Part shown: positions 22,276-37,135 of the stretch, piece after piece
How positions within the stretch are numbered: the first letter of the stretch is position 1
Layout of the letters: each line of letters begins with the position of its first letter
NCBI RefSeq assembly: GCF_002113885.1
Contig: NW_018406690.1
Coordinates: 456,520-520,519, forward strand
Direction: 5' to 3'
Origin: Mizuhopecten yessoensis
Lineage: Eukaryota
Length of the DNA: 64,000 nt
Position numbers and translations under genes: made by a program
The notes under the pieces: generated by a model
The model's database searches: none
The model's input: only the letters and a program-made list of their open reading frames with translations
What the model was told of the DNA's origin: nothing

Positions 22276-25200
22276 ATCGGATTTTGTTGTTGTCTATATG
22301 TTTTGACGTTGAGTTTCAATATTGTCATGTTCCTGACGCTGTGATAAATATTATTTAATTTCACAATCTTCATAGTTTATGTTTTGTATTGCTAGTTTAT
22401 ACAATTAATATAAATTATATAATTGATGATAAATCTTGCTTTTTGGTACATTCATTATTTTATTTCATTATTTGATATTTTATTCAATGTTTCGCTTAAT
22501 ATTAAATTGATTCATTCATTTTTACTTATTTATTAATTTTTTAGTTTCAGGTAATGCGCACTAATTATTTCCTTCTTTGTAGATATGGATGGAAAACGAA
22601 TAAATGTAAGTTTATAGACAAAATAATACAGTTACACTGCAAACGAGATTTTCATATGTGTAATTTATTAGTAAGGATTCGCAGAAAAGTATGTCTTTTG
22701 GTCGGTTTTTTTTGTTGTTGTTTCGTTTGTTTTGAAGTAATGAAGGAACATTACATTACATACCTAATGCGTGAAGTTATTAAGGTAATTTTCATTTGAT
22801 GCTTTTAAAAAAAAAGTGTTATTTTTTTTTATGAAAACAGACTTCATAAAAAAACCCACCATAAACATAAATATAAAAATACTGGACAAAATTGTTGAAA
22901 TATCCAATTACGTTTGATTGATGATTTAATGCAATTAAGCAGAACGCAAAGAGAGTTGGTTGGAAAAATCAAACAGCATGCCCTATTGTTATAAATCAGC
23001 AGGTTGTTTGTCAGATTTGCGACTGTTGTATAAATCTTCGTATATAGAATAACATCGGTTAATTTGTTGTTCTTGCTCCAACAGGTACTGCCTGAGGGAT
23101 TGTGTTCTTTATGTCCGGCACCTCAGATAAATCTCGCCTTTGGTAGGAACGGTAGCGCGACCTGTCCACAGGATCCACCTTTTCGTAGTTAAATACTTGT
23201 TCTGTGTCCTCTGGGGGTTTAGGTTAAATGCGTGTAACACACAACGCTAAGGATATGAAAAATGTTACTTGCGTGTTAATAAACAGATTTTTTTTACATT
23301 ACGTAAAAAATACTTCTCTACATTCAGACAACTCTGGTCATACTTTCCTGTCGTCAAAATCAAATATATAAGGGATTAACCAATTGTCGCATTATACAGT
23401 AGTATGCATTACAATTTGATTAAGGAAAACATTACATGTCAAAATGACTCCTCAAAATAACAGTTTAATTAAATTGTCAAGATTTTCAATGTATTGCTTC
23501 ATGAACTTTCTATATACGTCAAATGACCTGACAATGATTGTATTATAAGTGGAAATTATGATTTTTCTATGACAGCGATCTTTATCAAATTTTGCTACTG
23601 TGACAGTCAGCAAATCTTATATTAGATCATTGCTATCTATTGCAGGAGTATGTTCATTAAAACGGTACTTTAAGTAAAATGAAGAAATCTACGATAAAAT
23701 TGATAAGACGTATCATTGCATAATTGTCAACTTTAAATCATTAACGGAATGGCAAAGAACTATGACACCTTCAGCATAGAATTATATTATAATGACACTA
23801 ATAACACTTATTTGATATATCATCGTTAAATTATATTTACTTAACAAGCTTAATATTTCAGTATAGAGGATGCAATAAATCCCAGTAGTATTATAACCCC
23901 TATACCAAGGTTGGTGTATCTAAGACTGTTTACTATAAATGTACTGGGGTCGAAACTGTGTCACCTGAATGTTTAAAAATAGCTCGCCAAGGTATCCCCT
24001 GATCACGGTCAGTCAATATACACTTCTTGTTTGTCTACAGTTCAAAAATTTAGGGTAAGCAAACAGCTTACATACTACAGAATGCCTCAGTGTGCCCGGG
24101 GCGCAGATTCACTGGGACAAGCTCTCCCTTTCATTAGGCTCTGGTCACTGGTGCTTAGGTCAACCTCGATAACACTATCAAAGTAATGCATTAATCAAAG
24201 TCTTATTAAACACGTGAAAAAGGACCGCTTCATTAATCGTTCACCTTTACCCAAGCAATGTGAATCCATCTTTTGTTTATAAACTCTCTTTGTAAATTAT
24301 TTATTTTTAGAATTTAAAAAAAACCACATTTATTATAAAAACAGCTTATCTTTAGTGTTATTCTAGTACTTTAGGTAACTGATTATTATTTTTTCCAGAC
24401 AACTTGCCCTACGTCAGAACGTGATGAGTGAATATCTTAAAGGTTTTATGCTTCAATATTAATTGGTAGATGTCTCCGACCCCAGCTCAACATGAAATCA
24501 CCTGTTAGTCACACTGGCAGACTATGTCAAATTAGCGGTTTGATTAATTGTCAGTGTCTTCTTCATCAGTCATAAATGACTAAACCTTGATAGAGTGTAC
24601 TATTTACCACTATATGTCTGTGATACTTCCCATTAAGTAAACCGTATTAATATAATGGCGTTTGCAACACAACTAATAATAAATCGAAAGTAGTATATAT
24701 CATTCACCTCAGCTTAATGCAGATTAAATATGATTAATTATTAATGCATAACTTCAAATCTATTAAACATATCATACAGTTACTTTGTTTAGATTTTGTA
24801 ATTAAGCAATGAAGGCATTAAAGGAAAGAAAACAATTCTCATTAAATAGATTGTTTCCTTGCGCTCATAGGGAAGCTGGTTAAATGTTGTTGTTTTTCAC
24901 TAAACTACAAGTAATAAGAGTTCACCCTACGTTATATATAAAACATCTCATATTTGAGCACTTTTAAACTATTAAGACAAAACAAGTCAAAAACGTATTA
25001 CTTATTGGCACTGTAGAGCACCATTTATATCAAATATGATACACAGATGCAGAAACAGTCTTTTTAATTATCATGATTCGTTCGAATTCTGTTTCTTTTA
25101 CGTAAAACAAATATATCTATATCTTAATATTGATATAATTATGAAAAGTTTATAAGTTTTATAAGTTTATTACGTTTTTTTAGGTTTCTGGTTCGTCATG

Positions 25201-28200
25201 GTTCGGTCACCGTTTTGATTTTTAGATTAATTATGCAATATATGCTCTGGTTTCAATGAAGTTTATTTCCATTCATATATGATATTACTCCAATATTTAC
25301 TATAATAATTATGACTTGAATATAGACCATTTCCCAGCAAGGATTGCGCGGCGTCCGATTTAAAATGACACGAGTAGTAAAATCACTTAGAAACATAAAA
25401 TCAATATTTACCACCCCCGCCATAATAATAGCAACCAATCAATCACTCTGCTTGGTAGGTCAACAATGCATGGCGTTTCGTTTGTAAGCCAGACAGCAGA
25501 CTCAATATTATCTTGCATTTTTTATTGAAATATTTGCGGACGATAGTGTCACTATAGGATGTTTGAGAGTTCCTGTGCTAAATTGTTTAAACTTTTATGA
25601 TAAAATCAATGACTGAAGTATCCTCGTCTGTAGTACTGAACAAACACCCCCACTTCAACCTCCGACCTTGATCATCAAAGAAATTCCTCGACAGTTATAA
25701 ATTTTGTCTACCCGGGGTAACTCTGACGTCAGTACACAGAAAGTAGCGCAATGCTCGAATTCCCGGACACATCTCGAGAGTTCACTTTTTCCTTATGTGC
25801 TGATAAGCGTTCTGTGACCGTCATTTGGGAAATTTCCTCTCACCTATATTTGATTGTCTATGTTTACTGGATACAAGTTATAACAAATGTTTACCTAACA
25901 TCGGCTGTTGTAAACACTGTTTCCATGACGCGCCTGTTGGCTGTTTTATCGTATTGTAAGATGGAATCTGATTATATCCACCGTCCCATATTAATAATTC
26001 ATATGATTTGTTTACCAGCTAGACGTCTGTTTGTTTCGTTGTCAATGTAATAACAGATAATGACAGCTAGATACCAGTGGTTTTTATAACTGAATTAGTT
26101 ATACATGGTTTGTTTTACTGACAGTAAATGCAAATAGATATACAACATGCATAAACAACGTAACAGCCTCGCAGTTAATCGTTTGCATTGTAATGTAAAT
26201 CATTAGTACTCATACAGATTTAAATTTGAGTAAATTTTAAATAACACTGATCATTTTTTTAATTTATGTTTAATCAGGAAACGTCAATCAAACTGAATGC
26301 GGTGATCCACCCAATGCTTCTCTTGTTATATTGTTGAAAACGCCAAACAAATAAAGCTCATCAAGATAAAATATGCAAAATTTACAAGAATTGCATTGAA
26401 AATAGCATGCTGGATTATATCGAAGTAGAAAAAAAGGGAGAAAAAAATTGGCGAGTAATGCATTGCTCTCAAGCCCATAACCGGAACTGCGTCACAGGTG
26501 TAGATGGGTTGGGGTAGATTGACAGTCGTACGATTTAGGTTTACAGGTCCAGATCCTCACCTGTAGTACGACATGGTGTCGTTAGATAAAGAGTGTAAAG
26601 TGATTCCTAAGTTTTGAAAATCTGTCGCCAACACAACAGATCAACGGAAACTAATCTATTCATCACACAATCCCACATGACATATCTAACAGGTATCTTC
26701 CCACGTGAGTACGTGACCTAGTAATACAAATGAAAAAATCAACTTTTTTATTTGAATAATGTAATTCATGATAAAATATAATATGTGTTAACGCATGCAT
26801 CTTTCCCTTTTTTCTGTTGACTAATATTTTTCCGAGTTTTCTTTCATTGTGAAAATCAAAGAGTTGATGCAATGCCAATATGAAGCAATGTGTAACACAT
26901 TAACTGACCCGTATCAGAATAAGGGTCTGGCCCACCAATTCACGAGAAAACTCTATCAGATAGTGACGTATGCAGCTTCAGCTTTGTGTCGGCATACACG
27001 TACGGACGCACGTACGATAACTTGGAGGCCCGTCTACATCGTGATCTCGCCGGTCACCTTACGCTACACAGATGTAGCCATTACTTACGACACAGAGAGG
27101 GGTAGTACCTTCTCTGCCTGATCTTCTCTCTCACAACCCTAGTCAACTTCACCATTGAACAAGCTTTTATCTGTATTGTACCTCCACAATCCTTATGATA
27201 CCCTTATATATCATCATAATTTAGCTTATATCGACTTTTGTCAAAAAACGTATTAGCCTTTCGATTTTGCACTTCATATTTCGTTTTAGAGGGTATATAC
27301 TGAGCTGATTTAACTCTAGCATAATATTGCAAGGCAAGAAAAGGGCGATTTGGTATTCCCTTCTTATATCGGAATTTCCATTTTTCATGATGGTTTAGGT
27401 TTCAGCAAATCGAGTTTATCAGAGTCTGTTTCGCTTATCACCAAATTTGATTAATTCTATGTTATCTTTGCCTGATGCCTGGGTAACGTATAACTGACGG
27501 GAATATTATAATTTACAGCAGTCATCATTTCTTGGTGGGAGGAACAACGTGTCAGGGATAATTTATAGATTTATCGTCACGAAATATGAGTTTGAATAAT
27601 GTTTATTTCACTGTAATTAAAATAGGGAATATTAATATTTTCCCATGTCACTCATTTAAGATGTCTTTGATATCATGTAAGCTATGTTGAACAGACCTGT
27701 AAAAGTCAAGAAACGTGCGTTCAGTAAGTTGTACACCTAATTGTTTAATAATTGCTAGACCTTCAGAGAAGGATCGAAGCACCATTTTGAAACTAAGTAA
27801 ATCAAAGTCGATACGCAATCAAAGTTAATATTCATTGCACCAAAGTTCGTCCAGTTTGAATTCAACAGTGGTACTTAGATAAAACGAATAAAAATGGCTA
27901 AGGTTTTTCAGTTATGTATTTACAATCATTTTCAGTGTTTGGCCACAATAGATATAACATATTCTTTAACTAATGTTTCATGTATACTGTACCAGAATCG
28001 ATTCCACCAACAAGTTGACGGCAAAATTCAGGGACAGATTGTCCAACAGCAGAATCATTCATTTCGTGACGTAAAATACTCACTAGAAATGTAAAATAAG
28101 GAAACAGCAATTATAATATATTGTAGGTCGATGCAAAAAGCAAAGTGAGAATTTGAACTGCACCATATGACCATGTTATTCATTTAGGACAAAAGGTTAA

Positions 28201-28267
28201 AGGAATAAAAATCCACCCCTTGTGTTTAAAAACGTTTAAAGAAAGCAAAGGTGAAGATGGCTGAACA

Positions 28268-28612
28268 GTTATGATAGCTGTAAACTTTGATCTATGATAG
28301 TTGTATACTTGTATTGATGATAGTTGTACAACTGTGTTTATGATAGTTGTACAACTGTGTTTATGATAGTTGTAAATTTGCGTTTATGATAGTTGTATAT
28401 TTGTGTTTATGATAGTGGTACTTTTGTGTTTATGATAGTCGTACTTTTGCGTTTATGATAGTTGTTTATTTGTGTTTTATAATATTTTTACAATTCAATT
28501 GTGGTCTTGATAGTTGTACATTTGTGGTTATGGCAGTGGATTGTTTGTGTTTATGATAGTTTAACTGTGTTTATGATAGTTCTATCCTTGTGATTATAAT
28601 AGTTGTATATTT
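28268..28612. repeat. 23-bp minisatellite (TTATGATAGTTGTACAACTGTGT)
   Basis: About 14 diverged copies. Confidence 0.85.
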
Positions 28613-29341
28613 TTGCTAGTTCTTTATTTATGTGAAGCCTTGATTCAAACCTCCGCCATTTCCTCTGTTGGTGACGTCAGCAGTATCCTGGTCGTACATA
28701 TTGCTCTCTCTACTATACCACCCTGTTGATGTCACTGACATGTCGTATATTTGGTCTCTCTACCTCTACCATAGTCTATTGTTAGATGTTTGGGTCTGTG
28801 GTGGAAGTTCGCTCTTACTCTCGAAATAGTTCACAACTTCAAAGCTTTCCGGCTGACTCACGCGTATGTCTTCACACTGTTGTTGTTTCACGAAATTTCG
28901 GTAAGAAATAACAGCCTTGTATCACTATTGTAAAGACCAACTAGGTATTTCGTTTTTACACCATACTCTATTTGTCTAAATTTACAAATTATTTAAAGTA
29001 CCAAATCACTATTACAAAAGGATTCGGTAACAGTGTAAATCTGTTGTATATCCGTATACTCTTTAGGTTGTGTCAACACGGTTTATCTACGGAACAAACA
29101 GTTTTAGGAAGTGTTTGTTTTTGAGGATGTTTTTCCATGGCTAATGAGTCTGTGTGTTAAACGTTGTGAGAGCTATATATAGATAATACTGGTCACATGT
29201 TAAACATCAGCTAGTGGTCAATGGCGATTAACTCACTATTACATACTCTTTACTTGTATTAGTGAGATACGTTTTTAATTCTCGAGCGAGACGATTCATA
29301 ATTGAAAATGGAAATTGGGAAATATTCGTCCATTGATATAT

Positions 29342-31110
29342 TTACTTCTAAATGCGTCTACACTCTTACTGCTACGGGATATCAGCTATTGTCTTACTTC
29401 TAATGGCGTCTACACTCTTACTGCTACGGGATATCAGATATTGTCTTACTTCTAAATGCGTCTACACTCTTACTGCTACGGGATATCAGTATTGTCTTAC
29501 TTCTATTGGCGTCTACACTCTTACTGCTACGGGATACCAGATGTTGTCTTACTTCTAAATGCGTCTACACTCTTACTGCTACGGGATATCAGCTATTGTC
29601 GTACTTCTAATGGCGTCTACACTCGTACTGATACGGGATATCAGCTATTGTCTTACTTCTAATGGCGTCTACACTCGTACTGATACGGGATATCAGCTAT
29701 TGTCTTACTTCTAATGGCGTTTACACTCTAACCGCTGTGGGATATTAGCTGTTGTCTTACTTCTAAATGCGTCTACACTCTTACTGCTACGGGATATCAG
29801 CTATTGTCTTACTTCTTAAGGCGTTTACACTATAACTGCTACGGGATATCAGCTATTGTCTTACTTCTATTGGCGTCTACACTCTTACTGCTACGGGATA
29901 TCAGATATTGTCTTACTTCTAAATGCGTCTACACTCTTACTTCTACGGGATATCAGCTATTGTCTTACTTCTAAATGCGTCTACACTCTTACTGCTACGG
30001 GATATCAGCTATTATCTTACTTCGAATGGCGTCTACACTCTCACTGCTACGGGATATCAGCTATTGTTTTACTACTAAATGAGTCTACACTCTTACTTCT
30101 ACGGGATATCAGCTATTGTCTTACTTCTAAATGCGTCTACACTCTTACTGCTACGGGATATCAGCTATTGTCTTACTTCTAAAGGCGTCTACACTCTTAC
30201 TGCTACGGGATATCAGCTATTATCTTACTTCGAATGGCGTCTACACTCTCACTGCTACGGGATATCAGCTATTGTCTTACTTCTTAATGCGTCTACACTC
30301 TTACTGCTACGGGATATCAGATATTGTCTTACTTCTAATGGCGTTTACACTCTTACTGATACGGGATATCAGCTATTTTACTCTAGCAAGCGTCTACACT
30401 CTTACCGCTGTGGGATATTAGCTGTTTTCTTACTTCAGCGCGCGTCTACACTCGAACCGCTGTGGGATATCAGCTATTTTACTCTTACAAGCGTCTACAC
30501 TCTTACTGTTATGGGATATCAGCTGTTGTCTTACTTCAGCAAGTGTCTACACTGTTACTGCTACATGATATCAGCTATTCTACTCTAGCAAGCGTCGACA
30601 CTCTTACCGCTGTGAGATATCAGCTATTCTACTCAAGCAAACGTTTACACTCTCACTGCTGTGGGACATCAGTTTGTGTCTTACTTCAGCAAGTGTCTAC
30701 ACTCTTACTGCTGTGGGATATCAGCTATTCTATTCTAGCAAACGTCGACACTCTTACCGCTGTGGGATATTAGCTATTCTACTCTGGCAAACGTTTACAC
30801 TCTTACTGCTGTTGTATATCAGCTATTGTCTTACTATAGCAAGCGTCTGCACTCTTACCGCTGTGGGATATCAGCTGTTGTCTTACTTCAGCAAGCGTCT
30901 ACACTCTTACCGCTGTGGGATATCAGCTGTTGTCTTACTTCAGCGAGCGTCTACACTCTTACCGCTGTAAGATAGCAGCTGTTGTCTTACTTCAGCAAGC
31001 GTCTACACTCTTACCGCTGTGGGATATCAGCTGTTGTCTTACTTCAGCAAGCGTCTAACTCTTTCTACTGTGGGATATCAGCTATTCTACTTCGGCAACC
31101 GTCTACACTA
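29342..31110. repeat. 52-bp satellite (GCGTCTACACTCTTACTGCTACGGGATATCAGCTATTGTCTTACTTCTAAAT), ~34 copies
   Basis: Period is 52 (GCGTC at 29354, 29406, ...). Shorter ~47-bp variants appear after ~30370. Confidence 0.96.
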
Positions 31111-31830
31111 TTGTTAAGATATTTTAGTTTCATAATAGAGCCTATTTTCCGAACTCGTCGCAATTTAGTGTGCTTCGTATTACTCCTTTTCCACGAGCAC
31201 TTTAATAAAATTGATTTTTCCCAGTTCCATTCATGAATAATTTTACTACGATAATTACGTTTAAATTGTGATAAGAGCTCTTTACATATCCAGACAATGC
31301 ATGCGATACGTGCCCACTAAGGTCCGTTACATAACCACTATTTACCGACCCCACCACCAGTCGGTATCACATAGTAGCTAAGCAATACACAGCGTCACAA
31401 AATAAACTTCAACTATGATAATGTAGTGATTATCATTTTAAAGAAAGTATGAATGTAATCTAGAAATAAATGTGGTCTGCGTTGACAATATTATTGTGTC
31501 TTCTTTAGAAGCATGTGATTACTAGTGTACCAAACAGCTAGCCCTACTGTCTATAGACGAGGCATGATGGTGACGATCATAAACAACTTGATATTGACCA
31601 TTACTTTACCTATTTGCATGAAATAGGCAATCTTAATCAGAAATTATATCAATAATACCTAAATGATATATTTTTCTCCAAACGCATGCACACATTTAGT
31701 GTTGTGTGAACAAGTTCTTGTTGTGCAATCGTAACAAAAATTGTAAAAGGAAATGTAATATTGATATATAAGAAAATAAAAAAGCATAGCGAAGTGTTAA
31801 TGAAACCTTTATCCGAACTCAAAATTGATC

Positions 31831-31950
31831 AAACTAGGGCAAAATATGCACAAAGGATAGTTTTACATGAAGGCTCTTGAAAAAATATGAGGAAAAAAAG
31901 AACATGTGTTTCGGAAGCAGTCCTCTGCTTCATCGGCGACACTCGGTATG
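31831..31950 (+). mobile_element. Dispersed repeat fragment (same family as 44410-44532)
   Basis: AAACTAGGGCAAAATATG (31831-31848) is identical to the minus strand at 60195-60178. TCTGCTTCATCGGCGACACTCG matches the 44505-44527 block. Confidence 0.45.
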
Positions 31951-33049
31951 GAAATGTAGTTTAAATCCAATCTTTCATTTGCATATTCGACACAATGGAA
32001 ATGTTACATGTAAACAACAATGGAGTTGTAACAACAATCTAATTCACTAAAACATCCGGTACAAGCGACATCCAGTTAAAAGTTCTCGCAGAATTATTCC
32101 TTTTTTTTTTTTAGAAATCTGTTATTATATTTAGTCCAATGCTTAGTTTAAAATATTCTTTAAAGTACTAAAAATATCGGGTTTATAAGAAATTGTCTCT
32201 TTGAGCAAAATGCTAACTTCAATTCCCTATGTAAAGAAGTCAACCTGATTTTAAAGAATGAAAAAAATCTGTATACTTTCACCATGTTTTTCCCTGCAGA
32301 TCTGACGGTCGGTAACAGGAAGCTAACCTGTCATTTAGACCCGGTCGAAGTTGTAACTGTTCTAGAAAATATCCTTCATGTCGATCTTACCTTTTGCAAC
32401 TTAATACATGAAATATCAGGTCTTCTAAACCTGAAATGTATATGAATATGGCATATATATGTATGGCAATATTGAATTTACATTGTCTGAATTTGGCAAA
32501 CGTTATATGGTGTTCGTTAGTATATATTTTACTAAAAAACGGAGTAGTACAATTATTGATGATAGCAAAACCATTAAATAAAATAGTTAATGCATGGAGA
32601 TGGAATATAATTATTTACTTGGCAATGTCTACATTGAGGGAAAAGTACTATTAGTTGGTAGCTTGTGTACAGAGATAGTAGAGTTTTGGGGATAAGTCCT
32701 AAAATGAAGAACGAAACCGCTGTATTGTGCAGTGCAATTTTAGCATACTGTATTTATTGCCACAATTGATAGGTGCATGTGCTAGTTAATGTATGTAGGA
32801 GAAAGTTTAGTGTTTAGTATATGCTTTTATGTGCTAGTATTTGTGTATGAAGATGTTGCAGGGCTTGATATATATCACCACAGACAGACTCGTCACCACG
32901 ACAATAAATTGATGGTGTAGTTAAACGTTGACGAGTTCGGGGGCGTGCTCTTTACCCAAACCCCCATCAACCACCTCCGTGATTCACTTGTCATTGTGAC
33001 TGTAATAACATATGCTCCCACACAAAATTTAGCTCTGCAGTACATTTTG

Positions 33050-34100
33050 ATGATATTAGTCATAAGATATCTAGTGCTGAAAATGACTCCGAATCTCGAA
33101 ATTGATTTTTGATGAATGACTGCTTCTCCTATTTGACTCTGCTATTGGTATAAGCATGAAATTAAAGAAAATGCAATTAGTCTTTTCTCCAGTGCTTACA
33201 AGTAAGCATCATCTGTCATCGAGCTGGTGATGGTTGAAATGTTAAAACGTTGGTTGCAAGGTCTGCAAAATAATTTGTTCAGTCAACAGATAAATGTACT
33301 TTCTTCTGAAATTGTTAGAGTTTCGTTCAGGACGCTGCACGTAGCTTTTTAATTATTGACGGATATAATACTTAAGTTAATAAACGCATTCAGTTCTTTT
33401 ATCGATCTTGATTTCATGTATTTTTTTTTATTTATTTTGGTATAATGAAACACAAATCTATAGAATAACCACATACATCGTTTTAGACGTCAGTATTTTT
33501 TTCCTTAATTAAAGAAAAAGATCCTCTTTGGCTAAAGAATACAATTAATATTGCTCTTGATAAAATATGTTCCTCATAATACGAACGTTTCCCAAGGGAC
33601 TCTTACCCCTTGCTGTCTTAAGTCAAGAATCACGCCGTTCTTCTATTTCGGCGGTTACACATGAAGTTCTACTGTTCAATGTTTTTGTATTCCTTACGTA
33701 CTAACGTTAATACTGGAATAGTTAATTACTTGTATATTATGGATTTAATAGGCAAGTTGTCTACAATTGCACTACCTAAGTTCATAAAGCTAGAGTCTAT
33801 GCTGAAGAAAACGATAACAAGATGTTTTCCAGTTTTGCTGAGTGCTTCTAGGGTATTTGATTGAATATGGTACTACAAAGCTTTTTTAAATCATCGCCTA
33901 AGTGTTGAAATAAGACGTATAAGAATACCTGCTTCGATTTCTGTCTCATGATCTGGAAAGTGTGTTTTAAAATCAAACTGTTTTCTCATCAGAGGAGGAC
34001 TCGGTCGGATAGCATCGTATCCCATTGTCCTTGCACGCTGTCCATTTCTGAAATACTTTATATAGTTGTGTAATTCTCTTTTTCTGTTAAGGGTGTGAAG
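33050..34100 (-). mobile_element. Very old LINE relic (tentative)
   Basis: Minus-strand fragments appear in LINE ORF2 order: ELHNYIKYFRNG...GYDAI (~34080-34010), AIVDNLPIK then NY/PVLTL...YKNIE (~33770-33675), EKTNCIFF (~33190-33165) and FGVIFS (~33090). No YADD motif found. Confidence 0.35.
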
Positions 34101-36779
34101 TTTACTAGTCCTAGACAGGAAGATGATATAAATTATTTGACGTAGATCTTTTGAAATTCGTCCTCTTTTTGTAGTAAATGTAAATTTCGATGTGTGTGAA
34201 TCGTCCTTTTTCTTATTCAAAATACCTACATGCATATATTGAACTTATTTCCAAGAAAAAGAATCTCAGTATAAAAACACACAAGAATTACAGATTGATG
34301 TCAATAGGTTTTCATTTATACCATTTTACATGGTAATATTGAATGATTATCTTAAAACTTCATCATTCCATGAGAGTGGGATTGGGGAAGTGTATTCAAG
34401 TACAGGACCCCGTTATACTAAGAGTCATTAACTTAAAGGTGAAATAAGGAAACATATATACGATGACGGTATGCTAGAACAGGTAAGACGTTAAAACCAC
34501 GTGCCGGTATATCAGGACAGGTAAGACAGAGACGTCTTAATAACGATACTTTTGTTCTCCAGTGGAAATTATTGACATTTTTGATAATAATATCACGCCA
34601 TGTTCTAGCTTTTGTACTGCTATAGAATTTTAAAATAAAATATGAATGTCTTTGCAATTTTATTTGTGGTCCTGAATATAATAATGATAATGTACTTTTA
34701 ATACCATTCGTAATTGCATATTATATATTGCAATTTGTGTTGATCGACATCGCTTGATTCCTCAAACTTCTGTAGAGAAATAATTTACATTCTCATTATT
34801 TCTGATGTTTGTTCACTCTCGTTATCATTTTTCATCTGTACCATGTCATAAAAGCATAACAATGTACTCTTCAGTATTTGGAGGAATTTATATAGATATA
34901 TAAATGAATTCTACTGCGTGAGGTCGTTGGTCAACACTGCATGTAATGCTTTCCTATGCAAATACCAAAGTTAAAGAATGCCCTTTATATGTGGAACTTT
35001 AGTGAATCTTGTCTGGTTTGTGCAGTACTTGCCTGTGACTATGCCGAGATAGGAGATAAAGACTTTGAAGTATTAGAATTAACTTTGATGGAACAGTATA
35101 TCAAAGGAACATGCTAATTAGAATTTAATTCGCGTCGACATGGTTTCTTCTTATGGTTGTAGATCACTGCCCTCCTTAAGGTTGTTGACTAGAGGCTACA
35201 TGACGTCATACAGGTACCTGGTCCAGGTGATACCTTCACAGTGCAGAAAATGCTAAAGTTGGGGCTACTTGACATCTAGCTATGATGTTCTGTCCCTTAT
35301 ACTCGTCAATACTGGTATTGACTGAATACAGTATACCGGTAATTAATCAGTGTCCGATGTCACCTACAACACAGGTGATTCTCTATTTAGCTGTACCTAA
35401 TGGGGATTCGGTACGGTTTGTACTTTATCAATTCTACCAAATGTTTTATCTTAAATACTTTTTTGAATTTCTTCATAGGTTTTTAAATTACGGATGGTTT
35501 ACAACCAGAATAACGTGATTATAAGTAGAAATTTCTATATTAAAAATTAAGTTATTTACACAAAAATGAGATGTTTTATTCAACTTGTTTATGAATGCGG
35601 TCTTCAAATTTTACTTTGTATTAATGAAATGTAATTGTTATCGTAGAATTTAACATTTTTGCATTTATTGTAAACTTTATTTCTTTCAGAATACATACAT
35701 TTACATTTCAATCTACATCAAATTATTGCTTATAAACAGAATCCTGAAACATGGATTTGAATATAAATAAACTACACTTGCATTGGCTTTTAAAAATTGT
35801 GTAGACCTTTCGATAGTGTAAAGATATGTCAGAGGGATATTTCGTAGTTGGATAGTGTAAAGACGTGTCAGCGAATGTTTTGTACTTCGGTGGCATAAAG
35901 ATGTGTCGGTGTGAATATTACATGTGATTTTCATACCAAAAATGTAACCAAGTTCCGAATAACCTTTTGTCACAAAGGTGTGCTTAAATTTTTTAACATT
36001 TTTATATTTTATTTTCTGGCTATTGGATACCGTACATGTATAGTAGTAATACACTGCAATGTACAATACACAGATATATTAAACAATAGAAAAATAGAAG
36101 GTCCTAAAACAAGTTGAAAGATGTGATTTGATTCAGTATAAGCTTGTTCCCAGAAAATGACGAACTTTTAAATAGAGCAATGTAGACAATACCACAAAGA
36201 AGCCCCTCAGATTCAGGTGTCGCTACGGGAGAAGAAGGTGGCAGGAACATGACTGCTGCCTTGTAAGGCGCGTTCCTCACCTGTCGGTGTCTGGGGGGCA
36301 TCCATCACGACCCTTGACCCTGTCGTACTACACTATACTTGTCGTAACTGTACGTTGAGAAATGTCCAATGGTCAGTTTGCAGACAGATACATTGTATAC
36401 GATCATCAACTCGGACATCAATGTAATTAGTTACTGATGACCGCACTGTCTCTGAATACAGGCGGGGTTACTGTTGGTTCAGTGAGTGTGAGAGTCCGAG
36501 GCTGGGCAGATTCAACTAAATAGACACAGCTACATTGTGTCACCTTGTCGAAGCCCCAGAGAACTAACATATCTATGTCCGAAAAGTACATTGGGCCCAT
36601 AGGCTTCACAGTGACATTCCCATGCTTGTTTGATTCATTAAATTTATATAAATATATACATTCTTCACATATCTATACAAAGGCATCTGAACCTAAAGTA
36701 AACTTCTGAAATGGTAAATACACAGACAGGGTCTTCAAATCTGATTGCATAAAGCTCCGCAGAATTAAACGGTTTTTAT

Positions 36780-37135
36780 TACCTATTGATGGTATATAAA
36801 ACATAAGCACTGCATGAACATTGATTATATAAATACATAAAACACTCGAAGAAAAAAAAATAAGAAAATGTATTTGAATAAAGCGCGGTTTAAATATTGA
36901 TTATATAGATAACAAACACACTATATCTATTGATTATATAAATGCATAAAGGGCGGTATAAATACAAAAAAACACTTAATAAATATTTATTATATAAATA
37001 CATAAAGCACTGTATGAATGTTGATTATATAAATACACAAAACACTATATAAATATTGATTGCGTAATACATAAATACATAAAGCGCTGTATAGGTGTTC
37101 ATAAGGTGAATGCATAAAGCGCTTTATAAAATGTT
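36780..37135. repeat. Degenerate AT-rich ~35-bp tandem repeat (ATTGATTATATAAATACATAAAGCACTGT)
   Basis: About 8-9 diverged copies. Confidence 0.7.

Noticed and set aside
29352-31236. Several 68-169 aa ORFs
   Set aside because: They are frame-cycling translations of the 52-bp satellite.
33583-33620. Plus-strand VSQGTL..PLL resembling the LINE GVPQG motif
   Set aside because: It is isolated, has no YADD downstream and lies opposite the tentative minus-strand relic.
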